The notes beneath the pieces are model-generated. The model did no database searches. It saw nothing but the letters and a program-made list of their open reading frames with translations, and had not been told where the DNA came from. Position numbers and translations under genes: made by a program. A DNA stretch of 64,000 bases, taken from the IMG/VR virus record IMGVR_UViG_3300006045_001036; one strand, 5' to 3'. The stretch is from a virus (taxonomy: Duplodnaviria; Caudoviricetes). Of this stretch, positions 1-8,348 are shown piece by piece (the stretch's first letter is position 1; each line of letters opens with the position of its first letter).

Positions 1-157
1 CCCACACACCGTAGCAGAAACCGTTCTCGGGTGTCCATATGCGTTCTGCTATGTTGTCTATAAACGGAAGATACTCTTTGAGGTCTTCCATTGTGTACTT
101 CTTTCCAGTATATTGTCCTGTCCGCAAAATACGGAGAATAACACCTTTAATATTCAA
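1..157 (-). CDS. hypothetical protein, 5' part only (runs off the window)
   Basis: TTG at 157 preceded by GGAGGTG and overlapping the stop of 154..369; open to position 1 (MNIKGVILRILRTGQYTGKKY...). Confidence 0.6.
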   Translation of the reverse strand, partial: MNIKGVILRILRTGQYTGKKYTMEDLKEYLPFIDNIAERIWTPENGFCYGVW

Positions 158-369
158 TACGCACCTCCGATACCAACAGAGGAAACTCCGAATACTTCGC
201 CGATTGCCATTACGTTGTTTTTACGGTCAACATCAAGATTAAGTTTCTTGAGGTCAGAGACAGCGTCTTTGCGTTTCTCCCAACTCCGAGGGCAACCATG
301 GCAGTTAACGATTTCTTCGCCGTATACTACGAACCAGCGTTGGTTTGCAGGTAAAAATACAAGTTTCAC
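154..369 (-). CDS. hypothetical protein
   Basis: 71 aa ORF with AAGGAG RBS before GTG, coupled to both neighbours. Confidence 0.7.
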   Translation of the reverse strand: MKLVFLPANQRWFVVYGEEIVNCHGCPRSWEKRKDAVSDLKKLNLDVDRKNNVMAIGEVFGVSSVGIGGAY

Positions 370-482
370 TGATTATTTCTCCTTTTTCGCTCTTTCTCAT
401 CTTCTCTCCGACAAGCCCATGCTGCTAAAAACGCCCCGACCAGTCCACCGACAATAACGCCGACAGCGAATGCAAACCACAT
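366..482 (-). CDS. small single-TM membrane peptide (38 aa)
   Basis: Read manually: GAGGT RBS, MWFAFAVGVIVGGLVGAFLAAWACRREDEKERKRRNNQ*, GTGA overlap with the next gene. Confidence 0.65.
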   Translation of the reverse strand: MWFAFAVGVIVGGLVGAFLAAWACRREDEKERKRRNNQ

Positions 483-497
483 AATCTACCTCATTTC

Positions 498-1211
498 TCA
501 TCGTTTACCTTTCTTCTTAGGTTTCTTCTCTTGTCGAGTGCCTTGCTTCGTCCACTCGGATTTCGCAAAAAGTTGCTTACCCTGCTCGACAAGCCATTCA
601 ATCATATAACTGTCAATCTTGACGTTGGCAACTCTAAGAGAGTTAATGCGTTCCTCGGCAACAATGTTCCCCGAGAAATCCAAGAGTTGAAAAACAATCC
701 ATGCTTGATTCTGACCGTCCTCGAAGTCAATATTCCATTCGAGTTGCTTGGATACGTGCTTATTTAAGCGGTATTCGACCTCCGCTATTATCGAAGGTTT
801 CAGCGGGTGAACAGCCATGTTGTAAGTGCTGCCGACATTGCCGATTCCGTGACTACTCTGTATGCGTGGTAAAGCGACAACTTTCAGCTTCATTACTTTC
901 TGAATAAGAGCGGAGTACCCTTCTTCGTCGGTCGCTTCAATATATCGCTCCTTATTACGAGCAATTTCTTGAACCATCCACCCTTGGTGAGCCACGGCTT
1001 CGTTGCCGTCGATGAACGTGATATAGCTGTCTTTCGATAATCGCAATACATCCGAAGTGTCTAACCCGCTAAACACTTCGTTTCCGTTGTCATCGAAAGA
1101 ACGCCGTTTATACGTCGGCAGTCCGTTCGGTGAAAACGTATCAAGATAATAGCCTTTCCGTGATTGCAAAACAATGTCACATTGTTTCGAGGACGAGCAT
1201 AGTTTAATCAT
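498..1211 (-). CDS. hypothetical protein with head-type leader (MIKLCSSS); candidate capsid-internal protein
   Basis: AAAGGA RBS favours ATG at 1211; N-terminus matches the leader seen on head proteins; internal RIQSS; Lys-rich C-terminus. Confidence 0.7.
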   Translation of the reverse strand: MIKLCSSSKQCDIVLQSRKGYYLDTFSPNGLPTYKRRSFDDNGNEVFSGLDTSDVLRLSKDSYITFIDGNEAVAHQGWMVQEIARNKERYIEATDEEGYSALIQKVMKLKVVALPRIQSSHGIGNVGSTYNMAVHPLKPSIIAEVEYRLNKHVSKQLEWNIDFEDGQNQAWIVFQLLDFSGNIVAEERINSLRVANVKIDSYMIEWLVEQGKQLFAKSEWTKQGTRQEKKPKKKGKR

Positions 1212-1225
1212 AGAAATTCCTTTCA

Positions 1226-1546
1226 TTACACCGCATGACGGCGGGTGTGTATCCAGTCGGTAGCTTTCCGCTCTTCGTAAAAACCCTTGACTTCCTTGTA
1301 AGCGGTCTTTGTCTTCTTGTCGGAAAAGAACGCTTTACCGAACGCTTCTTTCAAAGCTTTGTAGTCAGATTCGGAGCAGCGTTGTCTTAAACCGTCTACA
1401 TATACGAAGTATTTAGCGTCCCACTTCTTGAAATTGTTGCCCCCAATGTTGTAGGTTTCGGAATGAAATTTCTCAAACTGCGTCACGCTGTCGAGGTTGA
1501 TTTCTCTGGATTCATAACCGTTATTAGTTCTGATATTCATTAACAT
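1226..1546 (-). CDS. hypothetical protein
   Basis: Start moved to ATG 1546 because the longer ORF runs through a terminator hairpin and promoter motif. Confidence 0.7.
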   Translation of the reverse strand: MLMNIRTNNGYESREINLDSVTQFEKFHSETYNIGGNNFKKWDAKYFVYVDGLRQRCSESDYKALKEAFGKAFFSDKKTKTAYKEVKGFYEERKATDWIHTRRHAV

Positions 1547-1600
1547 TTCGCACTCTCTTTCTCGGCGAATCGCCGTACAACTTTCTCGTTCACAAGAAGT

Positions 1601-1607
1601 AATGCTA
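1601..1607 (-). promoter_or_regulatory. candidate phage late promoter motif TAGCATT
   Basis: Recurrent intergenic 7-mer; here just downstream of a terminator. Confidence 0.5.
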
Positions 1608-1617
1608 ACTATGAAAC

Positions 1618-1652
1618 GCACTACCGCCAGTCGGCGGTACTGGCGGTAGTGC
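1618..1652. terminator. intrinsic terminator hairpin after the methyltransferase
   Basis: Perfect 14-bp inverted repeat GCACTACCGCCAGT/ACTGGCGGTAGTGC. Confidence 0.75.
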
Positions 1653-1684
1653 AAAAATATAAATAGAGGATGGTGACATAGCTG

Positions 1685-2707
1685 TTAAGAGTTTACTGTC
1701 GGCGGATTCTGTACAATCCACAGAATATTACGAACCTTCGGCGAAGTGACTGTTGTAAACGGAGCCGCAAGGTGCATGGCAGGGTTTGACGGATAATTAG
1801 CGAATATTTGGTTGATGTATGGGAGATTGAAGTGTTCCTGAGCCAGAGCGGAAAACTCTGCAGGATTGTAGAGGTCGTAGATGTTTGGAATTTTCTTCGC
1901 AAGCTGGTCGAGAAATCCTTTCATAACTGCTTTGCTCGGAGCTTTAACATCCTCAGTTTTTAATTGTGACTTAGAAGCACGGATAGGGAACGCTTGAACC
2001 TTCGCAAATCTCGCTTGTAATCTGCTCTTCAACTCTTCAAACCGCCATTCACGAGTATGGTCTTCCGCTTTACCGTACCGTTCGGAGAAATTCGGTGTCG
2101 AAAGAATACAATAGTCTGACATATAGCGGAAGAAGTCAAGGGCTTCATCGAGGGATTTGAATTCATCGGTCTCGCCGTTAAACAGGTATGGGAGATGTTC
2201 AAGAGCTTCGAGAGATATGAGAGCGTCGTATCGCCGTCCTCCCCGCTCGGCAATAAGTCTGTCGGCGGTCTCTCTCCAGTTAGCCCCACAGAAAGACCCA
2301 GGGACAATCTTAGCCCTGCCCTTATCCACTTGCGACTTAATTCTGTCAGAGACCTCCGCACAAACTTTCTCATCATATTCCAAATTGGTATAATGACCTA
2401 AATACATACCCCGACGTTCAGTGTTAAGTGATTCCCACATAAACGCAGAACCGCCACCGCAGTCGATTACCTCAACTCTCGGGTGAGCAATACCCTCAAC
2501 CCCTTTATTATCCATGCGGGATTTATCGTGTGCTTTGCGGAATGTTGTTACCGAGCCGTCGGCAAGATACAGAGGGGCATCAATAGCTTTCTCTGCTGCA
2601 AACGCATAGCGGAGTTCGTGAGCGATGGTGTCCCAGTGTCCTGGGTCGTGGTGGAGTTGCGAGGAAGAGACCCCGCTCTTGTCATAAATAGCTTTGTTTT
2701 TAGGCAT
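1685..2707 (-). CDS. class I SAM-dependent methyltransferase
   Basis: Motif I VIDCGGG, YDALISLEALEHL, ILSTPN, HTREW; N-terminal HxxRY helix. Confidence 0.8.
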   Translation of the reverse strand: MPKNKAIYDKSGVSSSQLHHDPGHWDTIAHELRYAFAAEKAIDAPLYLADGSVTTFRKAHDKSRMDNKGVEGIAHPRVEVIDCGGGSAFMWESLNTERRGMYLGHYTNLEYDEKVCAEVSDRIKSQVDKGRAKIVPGSFCGANWRETADRLIAERGGRRYDALISLEALEHLPYLFNGETDEFKSLDEALDFFRYMSDYCILSTPNFSERYGKAEDHTREWRFEELKSRLQARFAKVQAFPIRASKSQLKTEDVKAPSKAVMKGFLDQLAKKIPNIYDLYNPAEFSALAQEHFNLPYINQIFANYPSNPAMHLAAPFTTVTSPKVRNILWIVQNPPTVNS

Positions 2708-3878
2708 AGTTGTTATATCCTTTCGGGTTTAATATAAGCAAGTCGGGAAACCTTGCAATTGCTTTATCAAGCAAATCTTGATTATCGTCTACGAAGGCAA
2801 CACCTTTTCCTGTTTGGTGTTTTTCTCCAAACTCTTCAATTATTGAGCAGAGTACAGGAAACTTTTCGGATTGGTTTTTTGCCCCAACATAGTCTTTAAA
2901 ACTGAACCCTAACTCAGAAAGGCGGGAAGGTTTTGTTTTCATGTGGTTATTGTAAGGGTTCTCGGTCTCCGCACCGCCTGTAAGAAAAGTAATGTTCCTT
3001 AGGAATCTTGCTAATTCTCCGAAAGGAGTAAGCGGGACATCTGAGTAAAAGTCGTCAGAATTATATATGCTGTATATATCAGATTCTTTTTCCTTTCCGC
3101 ATTTAAGGTAATCGGTCAGTAACCAAGTATCTCTCATACGGATGTCGTTTATGTCGGTCGAAAAATCACCACGAGTTAAACCGTCTTTCGCCCATTGAAA
3201 CCTGTCAACGATTTTCTGGACCCATACAGGAATGATTTCAAGCACGGTTTCATCTACGTCGAAAATAATCTTTTCAAATATTCTATCGGGGTATTCATCA
3301 CATGAGAGTATCTGTTGTGCTGTAAGTATTGGTTTTTGAGTAAACATGACCTCATAACCATTACGCCCATTATCACTGAGACCGAGGTACGCTTGGTAGT
3401 ATTTCTCGCAGTCTTTGTCTAATTGCTCATAGGTACAGCGAATATTGTTTGTTCCGCTCTCACGATTTTGAATTCTGTCCCAGCACTCCCAAGCCTCGGT
3501 TTTCATAAACACGTAAAACGGCTTGATAAATTTACTGTAATCGTAATCCTTAGAGGTTTTGCGGTAACAGAGTTCGCTTGCGAGCCAACGGTCAAATATT
3601 ACGAAAATTCCTTCGTCAATTAGCATTTGTGCTTTCTGGTTCGCTTCGGCAAGGTTTTCGTAAATAAGGTCGGACAGCTCAGTTTCTTCGGTTTCTGAAA
3701 GCTCTTGTTGAGCAAGGAGCTTCTTGATTTTCTCTCCGCTCTTGGACAGATAATTGGGAGTTTTAACGATTGCGACAGGGATGTTGAACGCTAATAACAG
3801 TTGTTCTAACCCTTCGACAAGCGTAGATTTCCCGGAACCATTAACGCCTTCAACCGCTATCGGTGTATGTTTTTTCAT
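2700..3878 (-). CDS. thymidylate kinase-like P-loop kinase fused to a HAD 5'-nucleotidase-like domain
   Basis: IAVEGVNGSGKST and FDRW (dTMP kinase); IIFDVDET and FVDDN (HAD motifs I and IV). Confidence 0.85.
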   Translation of the reverse strand: MKKHTPIAVEGVNGSGKSTLVEGLEQLLLAFNIPVAIVKTPNYLSKSGEKIKKLLAQQELSETEETELSDLIYENLAEANQKAQMLIDEGIFVIFDRWLASELCYRKTSKDYDYSKFIKPFYVFMKTEAWECWDRIQNRESGTNNIRCTYEQLDKDCEKYYQAYLGLSDNGRNGYEVMFTQKPILTAQQILSCDEYPDRIFEKIIFDVDETVLEIIPVWVQKIVDRFQWAKDGLTRGDFSTDINDIRMRDTWLLTDYLKCGKEKESDIYSIYNSDDFYSDVPLTPFGELARFLRNITFLTGGAETENPYNNHMKTKPSRLSELGFSFKDYVGAKNQSEKFPVLCSIIEEFGEKHQTGKGVAFVDDNQDLLDKAIARFPDLLILNPKGYNNYA

Positions 3879-3892
3879 AAGTAATTCCTTTC

Positions 3893-4783
3893 TTATTCCC
3901 AGCGATTAAGATAACTGGATACTGCGATTGTAGCCTCAGGAGTGATAACACGGTCGATATCGTTTTCGAGAAGGAGTTTCTTGCACATCTCACAAGGTTC
4001 GGATTTTCGAGGCTTACCCTCGGTGTCAAGAGACCAAAGATATACGTATGCACCTTTAAGGTCAACAGGGTGTTTGTTTGTAGTGGCGTGAAGATATCGA
4101 AGAGCGTCATAAATTGCTGTTGGCTCGGCATGAACACATCGACAAGCGTCATAGTACCGTGCTTCAGTTCCTTCTCCAAGAGCGTCCCGCCGACAAGTTT
4201 TTCCTTCCGCATTACAAGCAACGTATCCTTTCGGCACACGATTTTGACCTCTGCCGATGATTTTTCCGTCTTTGACAATAATTGCACCGTGTTTTGTTTT
4301 TCGGCAAGTAGAGTCTTGAGCAGCGTCCCAAACATCTTTGGCAAAGTCATGGAAAGCGGTATTGATAACCGTCTCCAAAGCGTTTTCGAAGTTGATGGTA
4401 TTTGGCTTTTTCATTCGGGATTTCATCCTTTCAATATAATCATCTGATAAACGACCAAATTTAAGAAGCTTTTGCTCGTTCTTGTCGTTAACTCGTTTGA
4501 TTGCTTCAAGGTATGCGGTAGAGTCGTTTTTACCGATAGAACGCAGCATCGTCGCCATTGTAAAGATTACATCTCCTGCTTCGTCTATTAAGTCGTCAAT
4601 CGCTTTTTCGTTCGTGGTTCTGCAGGTTTCTTCCTTGACCTGAGTGCGTTGGTACTTCATTAAGCTGGCAAGATACTCCGCTGTCTCTTCCACCACGATA
4701 TCTATTGATAAATAGTGTTTAGGGTCGGGGTTAAACGCTGTAGCCAGCTCGTAGGTACGCTGTAATTCTTGTTCTATGTTCAT
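3893..4783 (-). CDS. MazG-like NTP pyrophosphatase fused to dCMP deaminase
   Basis: EETAE..DEAGDV (MazG); STC..HGAIIV..GRGQN, HAE, PCEMC (Zn-dependent deaminase). Confidence 0.88.
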   Translation of the reverse strand: MNIEQELQRTYELATAFNPDPKHYLSIDIVVEETAEYLASLMKYQRTQVKEETCRTTNEKAIDDLIDEAGDVIFTMATMLRSIGKNDSTAYLEAIKRVNDKNEQKLLKFGRLSDDYIERMKSRMKKPNTINFENALETVINTAFHDFAKDVWDAAQDSTCRKTKHGAIIVKDGKIIGRGQNRVPKGYVACNAEGKTCRRDALGEGTEARYYDACRCVHAEPTAIYDALRYLHATTNKHPVDLKGAYVYLWSLDTEGKPRKSEPCEMCKKLLLENDIDRVITPEATIAVSSYLNRWE

Positions 4784-4843
4784 TATTAAATTCCTCCGAT
4801 TATTTGGTTATTTAAGAAATGCAAAAACGGCAGTTTTCACAAT

Positions 4844-6241
4844 TCAGATGTTGCGTAATACGTGACTCATGTCGGATTTTGATAATCCGACGGCTGTCAT
4901 CAAGTCTTTAATTTTGAATTTGGGGTCGGCTTTAAGAGATTCAAGACCTACCGACACTGCGAGGGGAAGGTGTCTGATGTACTCGTCAACTTCAAGTTGT
5001 CGGACAAAGATTTCACCGTTCACGTCTTCAACGTCTGGTTCCACTTCGTTGTCGTTTTTGTCGGTCTGTTTATCGCTGTCTGTTCCTTTGTAATACTCTG
5101 TCTCGTTACGCAGAAAGTGTATGACCTGAGACACAATTACCTTGTGAGCGAATGTCGAAAATTGAAAGCCTTTCCTCGGTGCAAAGTTAGCTACTGCTTT
5201 CCACAATCCGAACTCGGCAGCTTGTTTTGTCTCTTCGAGAATTGCCGCATCCTTGATTTCGTGAAATTCCTTGCTCTTACGCAGGTACATATGTGCCAGT
5301 TGCCAAGCTAATTGACGATACTGCTCGAAAAGAGCGAGTTCTTCCTCTCGGGATAATTTTGCAGGCATTTCAACGATTGAGATTAGAGAATTGCTGTCTT
5401 TGGCAACAACAGTTCGGGGAAGATGAAGACGTACAGATATTTCGTCTTGAAGGTCTTCGTTGCTCTCGTTAGCGAGTTCTCGTTCGATTAGGTTGTGAGC
5501 AATTTCAGGAACTGAGCGAAGTCGTTTATCAGTGGCGGTTAAGAAATGGGGGATTCGGATTTCGTCGAATAATTTTTCCAGAGGGCGGTCTCCGTAGTAT
5601 CGAGCATAAAGGCGGGTAATTTCAGAATTAAGTAGCAGATACGCTCTGACTTGCCGCTTTTCTTCTGCGAAACACAGCTTAGTGCAACCTTCAAACGGAC
5701 TATAATGAGCAGTTATATACCCTAATCCCTGTTCATCGAATCTATGTTGTACGTAAATCTCAAATCCCTTATTGACAAACCACGAGGAAATAGGTTTTTT
5801 CGTCTTCAAATTTTGCCAAAAATCCGCACTGGCTTCGTTCCAACATTCGAAACGGTCGGCGTCCATCTTGGAATTAGTGAGAAATAAATCAAGTTTCTCA
5901 ACCAATAACGGTAATCCTTTTTCATCGGTAACGAGTTCCCCCGCCATTTTGCGAATAGGTTTGTTATCTTCCATTTCGTGACTTAACACAAACATTGCGG
6001 TAGGTTCTTCGTCCGCAAAATTCCATGTAAATCCTTTGACACAACTATGTTGGAGAATCGCAACACGTGTGTCTTCATATGCGGAATCGAATAAAGCATT
6101 TAATGAACAGACTAATAAAATTCTGTTGTTCGGGTCGTCGAAGCAGTGGAAAGCTTTACGAGATTTTGCGTTTAGTTTCACCATTGAAGTACAATCGTAC
6201 TTCTCGGAAACTAATTCAATTGCTTTTTGAGTTAATCTCAT
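4844..6241 (-). CDS. sigma-70-family factor (SigF/G/B-like region 2) with a ~290 aa unknown N-terminal extension
   Basis: LSREEE..QAAEFGLWKAVANFAPRKGFQFSTFAHKVI..FLRN region 2 signature; HTH-like C-terminus. Confidence 0.75.
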   Translation of the reverse strand: MRLTQKAIELVSEKYDCTSMVKLNAKSRKAFHCFDDPNNRILLVCSLNALFDSAYEDTRVAILQHSCVKGFTWNFADEEPTAMFVLSHEMEDNKPIRKMAGELVTDEKGLPLLVEKLDLFLTNSKMDADRFECWNEASADFWQNLKTKKPISSWFVNKGFEIYVQHRFDEQGLGYITAHYSPFEGCTKLCFAEEKRQVRAYLLLNSEITRLYARYYGDRPLEKLFDEIRIPHFLTATDKRLRSVPEIAHNLIERELANESNEDLQDEISVRLHLPRTVVAKDSNSLISIVEMPAKLSREEELALFEQYRQLAWQLAHMYLRKSKEFHEIKDAAILEETKQAAEFGLWKAVANFAPRKGFQFSTFAHKVIVSQVIHFLRNETEYYKGTDSDKQTDKNDNEVEPDVEDVNGEIFVRQLEVDEYIRHLPLAVSVGLESLKADPKFKIKDLMTAVGLSKSDMSHVLRNI

Positions 6242-6279
6242 AAAGTTTACTCACTATCTATAATTTCTACTTATAATAC

Positions 6280-6286
6280 AATGCTA
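6280..6286 (-). promoter_or_regulatory. candidate phage late promoter motif TAGCATT
   Basis: Intergenic, between the terminator and the sigma-fusion gene. Confidence 0.5.
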
Positions 6287-6299
6287 TTTGCATAGCGAA

Positions 6300-6327
6300 A
6301 CACCGCTTTTCTTTCGAATAGCGGTGT
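6300..6327. terminator. probable terminator hairpin
   Basis: ACACCGCT/AGCGGTGT inverted repeat flanked by A/T runs. Confidence 0.55.
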
Positions 6328-6334
6328 AAAAGTA

Positions 6335-6628
6335 TCACATTTGATTGCGACGTAGACTTGGGTCACGGTCAGTTGGGTCATATCCACCTTGATTTTTTCC
6401 TCGGTACAAATGACTTTTATCGTGTTGATAACTGTTTTCATAAAACAGTGAACCGAAGAAACTTACTCCGTTCTCAAAATCAAGCCGTATAGTCTGTAAC
6501 CCGAACTGCTGTTCCTTCAATTGACTGAGCAACGACGTGTTGAATAATATCGTTCCTCTCGTACCATCCCGCCGTACCATTTCATCGTTATAGGTCAGAG
6601 CTTGCGGAGGGGCGGGGAGTATTCGCAC
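6335..6628 (-). CDS. hypothetical protein, possibly Ig-like (X2-type); frame is open upstream to ~6805
   Basis: GGAGAGGA before GTG; GTILFNTSLLSQL..G..TIRLDFENG resembles the X2 Ig-like pattern. Confidence 0.55.
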   Translation of the reverse strand: MRILPAPPQALTYNDEMVRRDGTRGTILFNTSLLSQLKEQQFGLQTIRLDFENGVSFFGSLFYENSYQHDKSHLYRGKNQGGYDPTDRDPSLRRNQM

Positions 6629-6783
6629 AATCCTCTCCAGTATTGATGGGAAGACTGAAAACCCATCCAGACCGAGGGCGATAATTTTCGGCGGTTGGTC
6701 TGCCAGTATGTTAATACTTGGAAGCTGACCGACCGCCGTTACATCACGTACACACCTTACGAGAGGGTATTCAGTAGAAAGTA

Positions 6784-7284
6784 TTATTTCGGTTTCCTTG
6801 CTTTTCCTTTACCGAGGCTCTTTGCCGAGCTTTCGATGGGAGCTTCCGAAGGAGCGGCAGTAACCACGTTGTCAGGAATGTTTTCAATATCAGTCTTAGC
6901 GATTTCGGCACCGTCTTCATCGGTGGTGATTACAGAGAGAACCTCGCCGTCTTCAACGATGTCGGTGTTGGTGTCTTCACCCATTGCCTGTGAAACTTGG
7001 TCGGCTACGATTTGAGCAACGTCTTCGGGAGCGAAGAAAGTTTCTTCTACGCCAATTTCTCCTGCATCGTCCGCCGAACTTGTCAATGCACCGCCGACAA
7101 CACCTGCGACTGCAGGGGCAGCTAAACCAGCGAGAGCAGGGAGTACAGAGTCAACCTTGGCTCTTTGACTTCCTGAACGCACAGGACTTCTTTTTGGAGC
7201 TGTTTTGCTGCTTTTTACAGGGGTTCTTTTCCTACCTGCGGGAGCGGTTGCAGGGGCTTTAGTTGAACTAATAATTTTCATCAT
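6784..7284 (-). CDS. putative prohead core or internal head protein
   Basis: AAGGAG RBS; leader MKIISSTKAP; motifs VKSS, LTSSA, IESSA; located in the head module. Confidence 0.7.
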   Translation of the reverse strand: MMKIISSTKAPATAPAGRKRTPVKSSKTAPKRSPVRSGSQRAKVDSVLPALAGLAAPAVAGVVGGALTSSADDAGEIGVEETFFAPEDVAQIVADQVSQAMGEDTNTDIVEDGEVLSVITTDEDGAEIAKTDIENIPDNVVTAAPSEAPIESSAKSLGKGKARKPK

Positions 7285-7296
7285 TGTATTCTCCTT

Positions 7297-8025
7297 TTAA
7301 TTAATAAATAGTAAGTCTTCGGCAGAGTCTGCGACTTCTGACCTGATTTCGGCGAATTCCTCTTTCGCTTCCTGTATCAGTCGTTCGCCACCTAACTGTA
7401 CAGACCCTGGAAGATTGACTTTGCCTCGTACCTGCCCTACAGCCATTTTGAGGTAAGCCACTGAAAGACGAAGTAAGTACGTAGACCAACGTTCGTCATC
7501 AATTTCCTCGACGCTTTGATAGTCGGGGACATACCGCACTGTTATATGTGTCGGTAATGGAACTGCGTGAGTGATATACAAATAGCGGTCACCACGGTGG
7601 AAACTGAAATTCAAATCGGTTTGTAAGGTATTCCTTATTTGCCGAGATAACAGCCTCCGAGCAACAGGGGAAATATCGGTGACACCGTTCCCCAGCCCGT
7701 AGTAGTTGCTGTTTAACGAGACCGCCAGTGAGAATACATCTGTACCACCTGCACCAATCGCAGTTCCTTCCAAAGGTTGAGCACGTATGATTTCACTAAC
7801 ACTCTTCGCTTTAATATTAACACTCGGATGTGCTAAATCTATCCGTCTGGCGAAACGTACAGTTCGTTCAACTTCCAGAGAGTCCCACCCTTTCATTTCC
7901 CGAAAAGCCAGTTTAATAGCCGTTACTGTCGGTTTGTTCTCGACATCTCGTATTCTTGGTACAAGAAATTCAACCGATTGAACGAGTTCGGGTAGAGTGA
8001 AAAAGCTCATAGAATTTGCTGACAT
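7297..8025 (-). CDS. neck / head-completion protein (T4 gp13-like)
   Basis: C-terminal GQVRGKVNLPGSVQLGGERLIQEAKEE matches the gp13 pattern; downstream of the capsid gene. Confidence 0.75.
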   Translation of the reverse strand: MSANSMSFFTLPELVQSVEFLVPRIRDVENKPTVTAIKLAFREMKGWDSLEVERTVRFARRIDLAHPSVNIKAKSVSEIIRAQPLEGTAIGAGGTDVFSLAVSLNSNYYGLGNGVTDISPVARRLLSRQIRNTLQTDLNFSFHRGDRYLYITHAVPLPTHITVRYVPDYQSVEEIDDERWSTYLLRLSVAYLKMAVGQVRGKVNLPGSVQLGGERLIQEAKEEFAEIRSEVADSAEDLLFIN

Positions 8026-8034
8026 ACGTTTCTC

Positions 8035-8298
8035 CTATTCCCCTCTTTTCACCGATTTGGCAGATGCAAGTATTCGAGATTTACCCTGCGTCTGTACCGA
8101 ACTTAAAATCCTGTTCATCTTAGCAACATTCACTCTATCGGAAGAAGATAAGGCGGCTTTTGCTGTTTCCACTGCTCCAGCATCTTTCTGCAAGTCTTTA
8201 AGAGAGTCTGCTAACTGCGGAAGAAGTTTTAGAAGTTCGGGGAGTAACGGTAGTAATTGAGGAAGTATTTTTGCCAATGCTGCCATAGGGTTCCTCAT
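8035..8298 (-). CDS. small amphipathic protein with head-type motifs
   Basis: LPxLL repeats; RILSSV and RILASA motifs. Confidence 0.65.
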   Translation of the reverse strand: MRNPMAALAKILPQLLPLLPELLKLLPQLADSLKDLQKDAGAVETAKAALSSSDRVNVAKMNRILSSVQTQGKSRILASAKSVKRGE

Positions 8299-8307
8299 TT
8301 CTCTTGT

Positions 8308-8333
8308 CCCTCGTCCTCCGAAGAAGACGAGGG
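8308..8333 (-). promoter_or_regulatory. stable cUUCGg hairpin (mRNA 3' protector or RBS occluder)
   Basis: 11-bp stem with UUCG tetraloop on the minus strand, no U-tract, 9 nt upstream of ATG 8298. Confidence 0.55.
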
Positions 8334-8348
8334 TTACAAGTCATTTAA

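Noticed and set aside
1-157. Glycosyltransferase-like start of the truncated left-edge ORF
   Set aside because: Only ~52 residues are visible and the resemblance is too weak to support
1547-1654. N-terminal extension of ORF 1226..1654
   Set aside because: It runs through a terminator hairpin and promoter motif; ATG 1546 is more plausible
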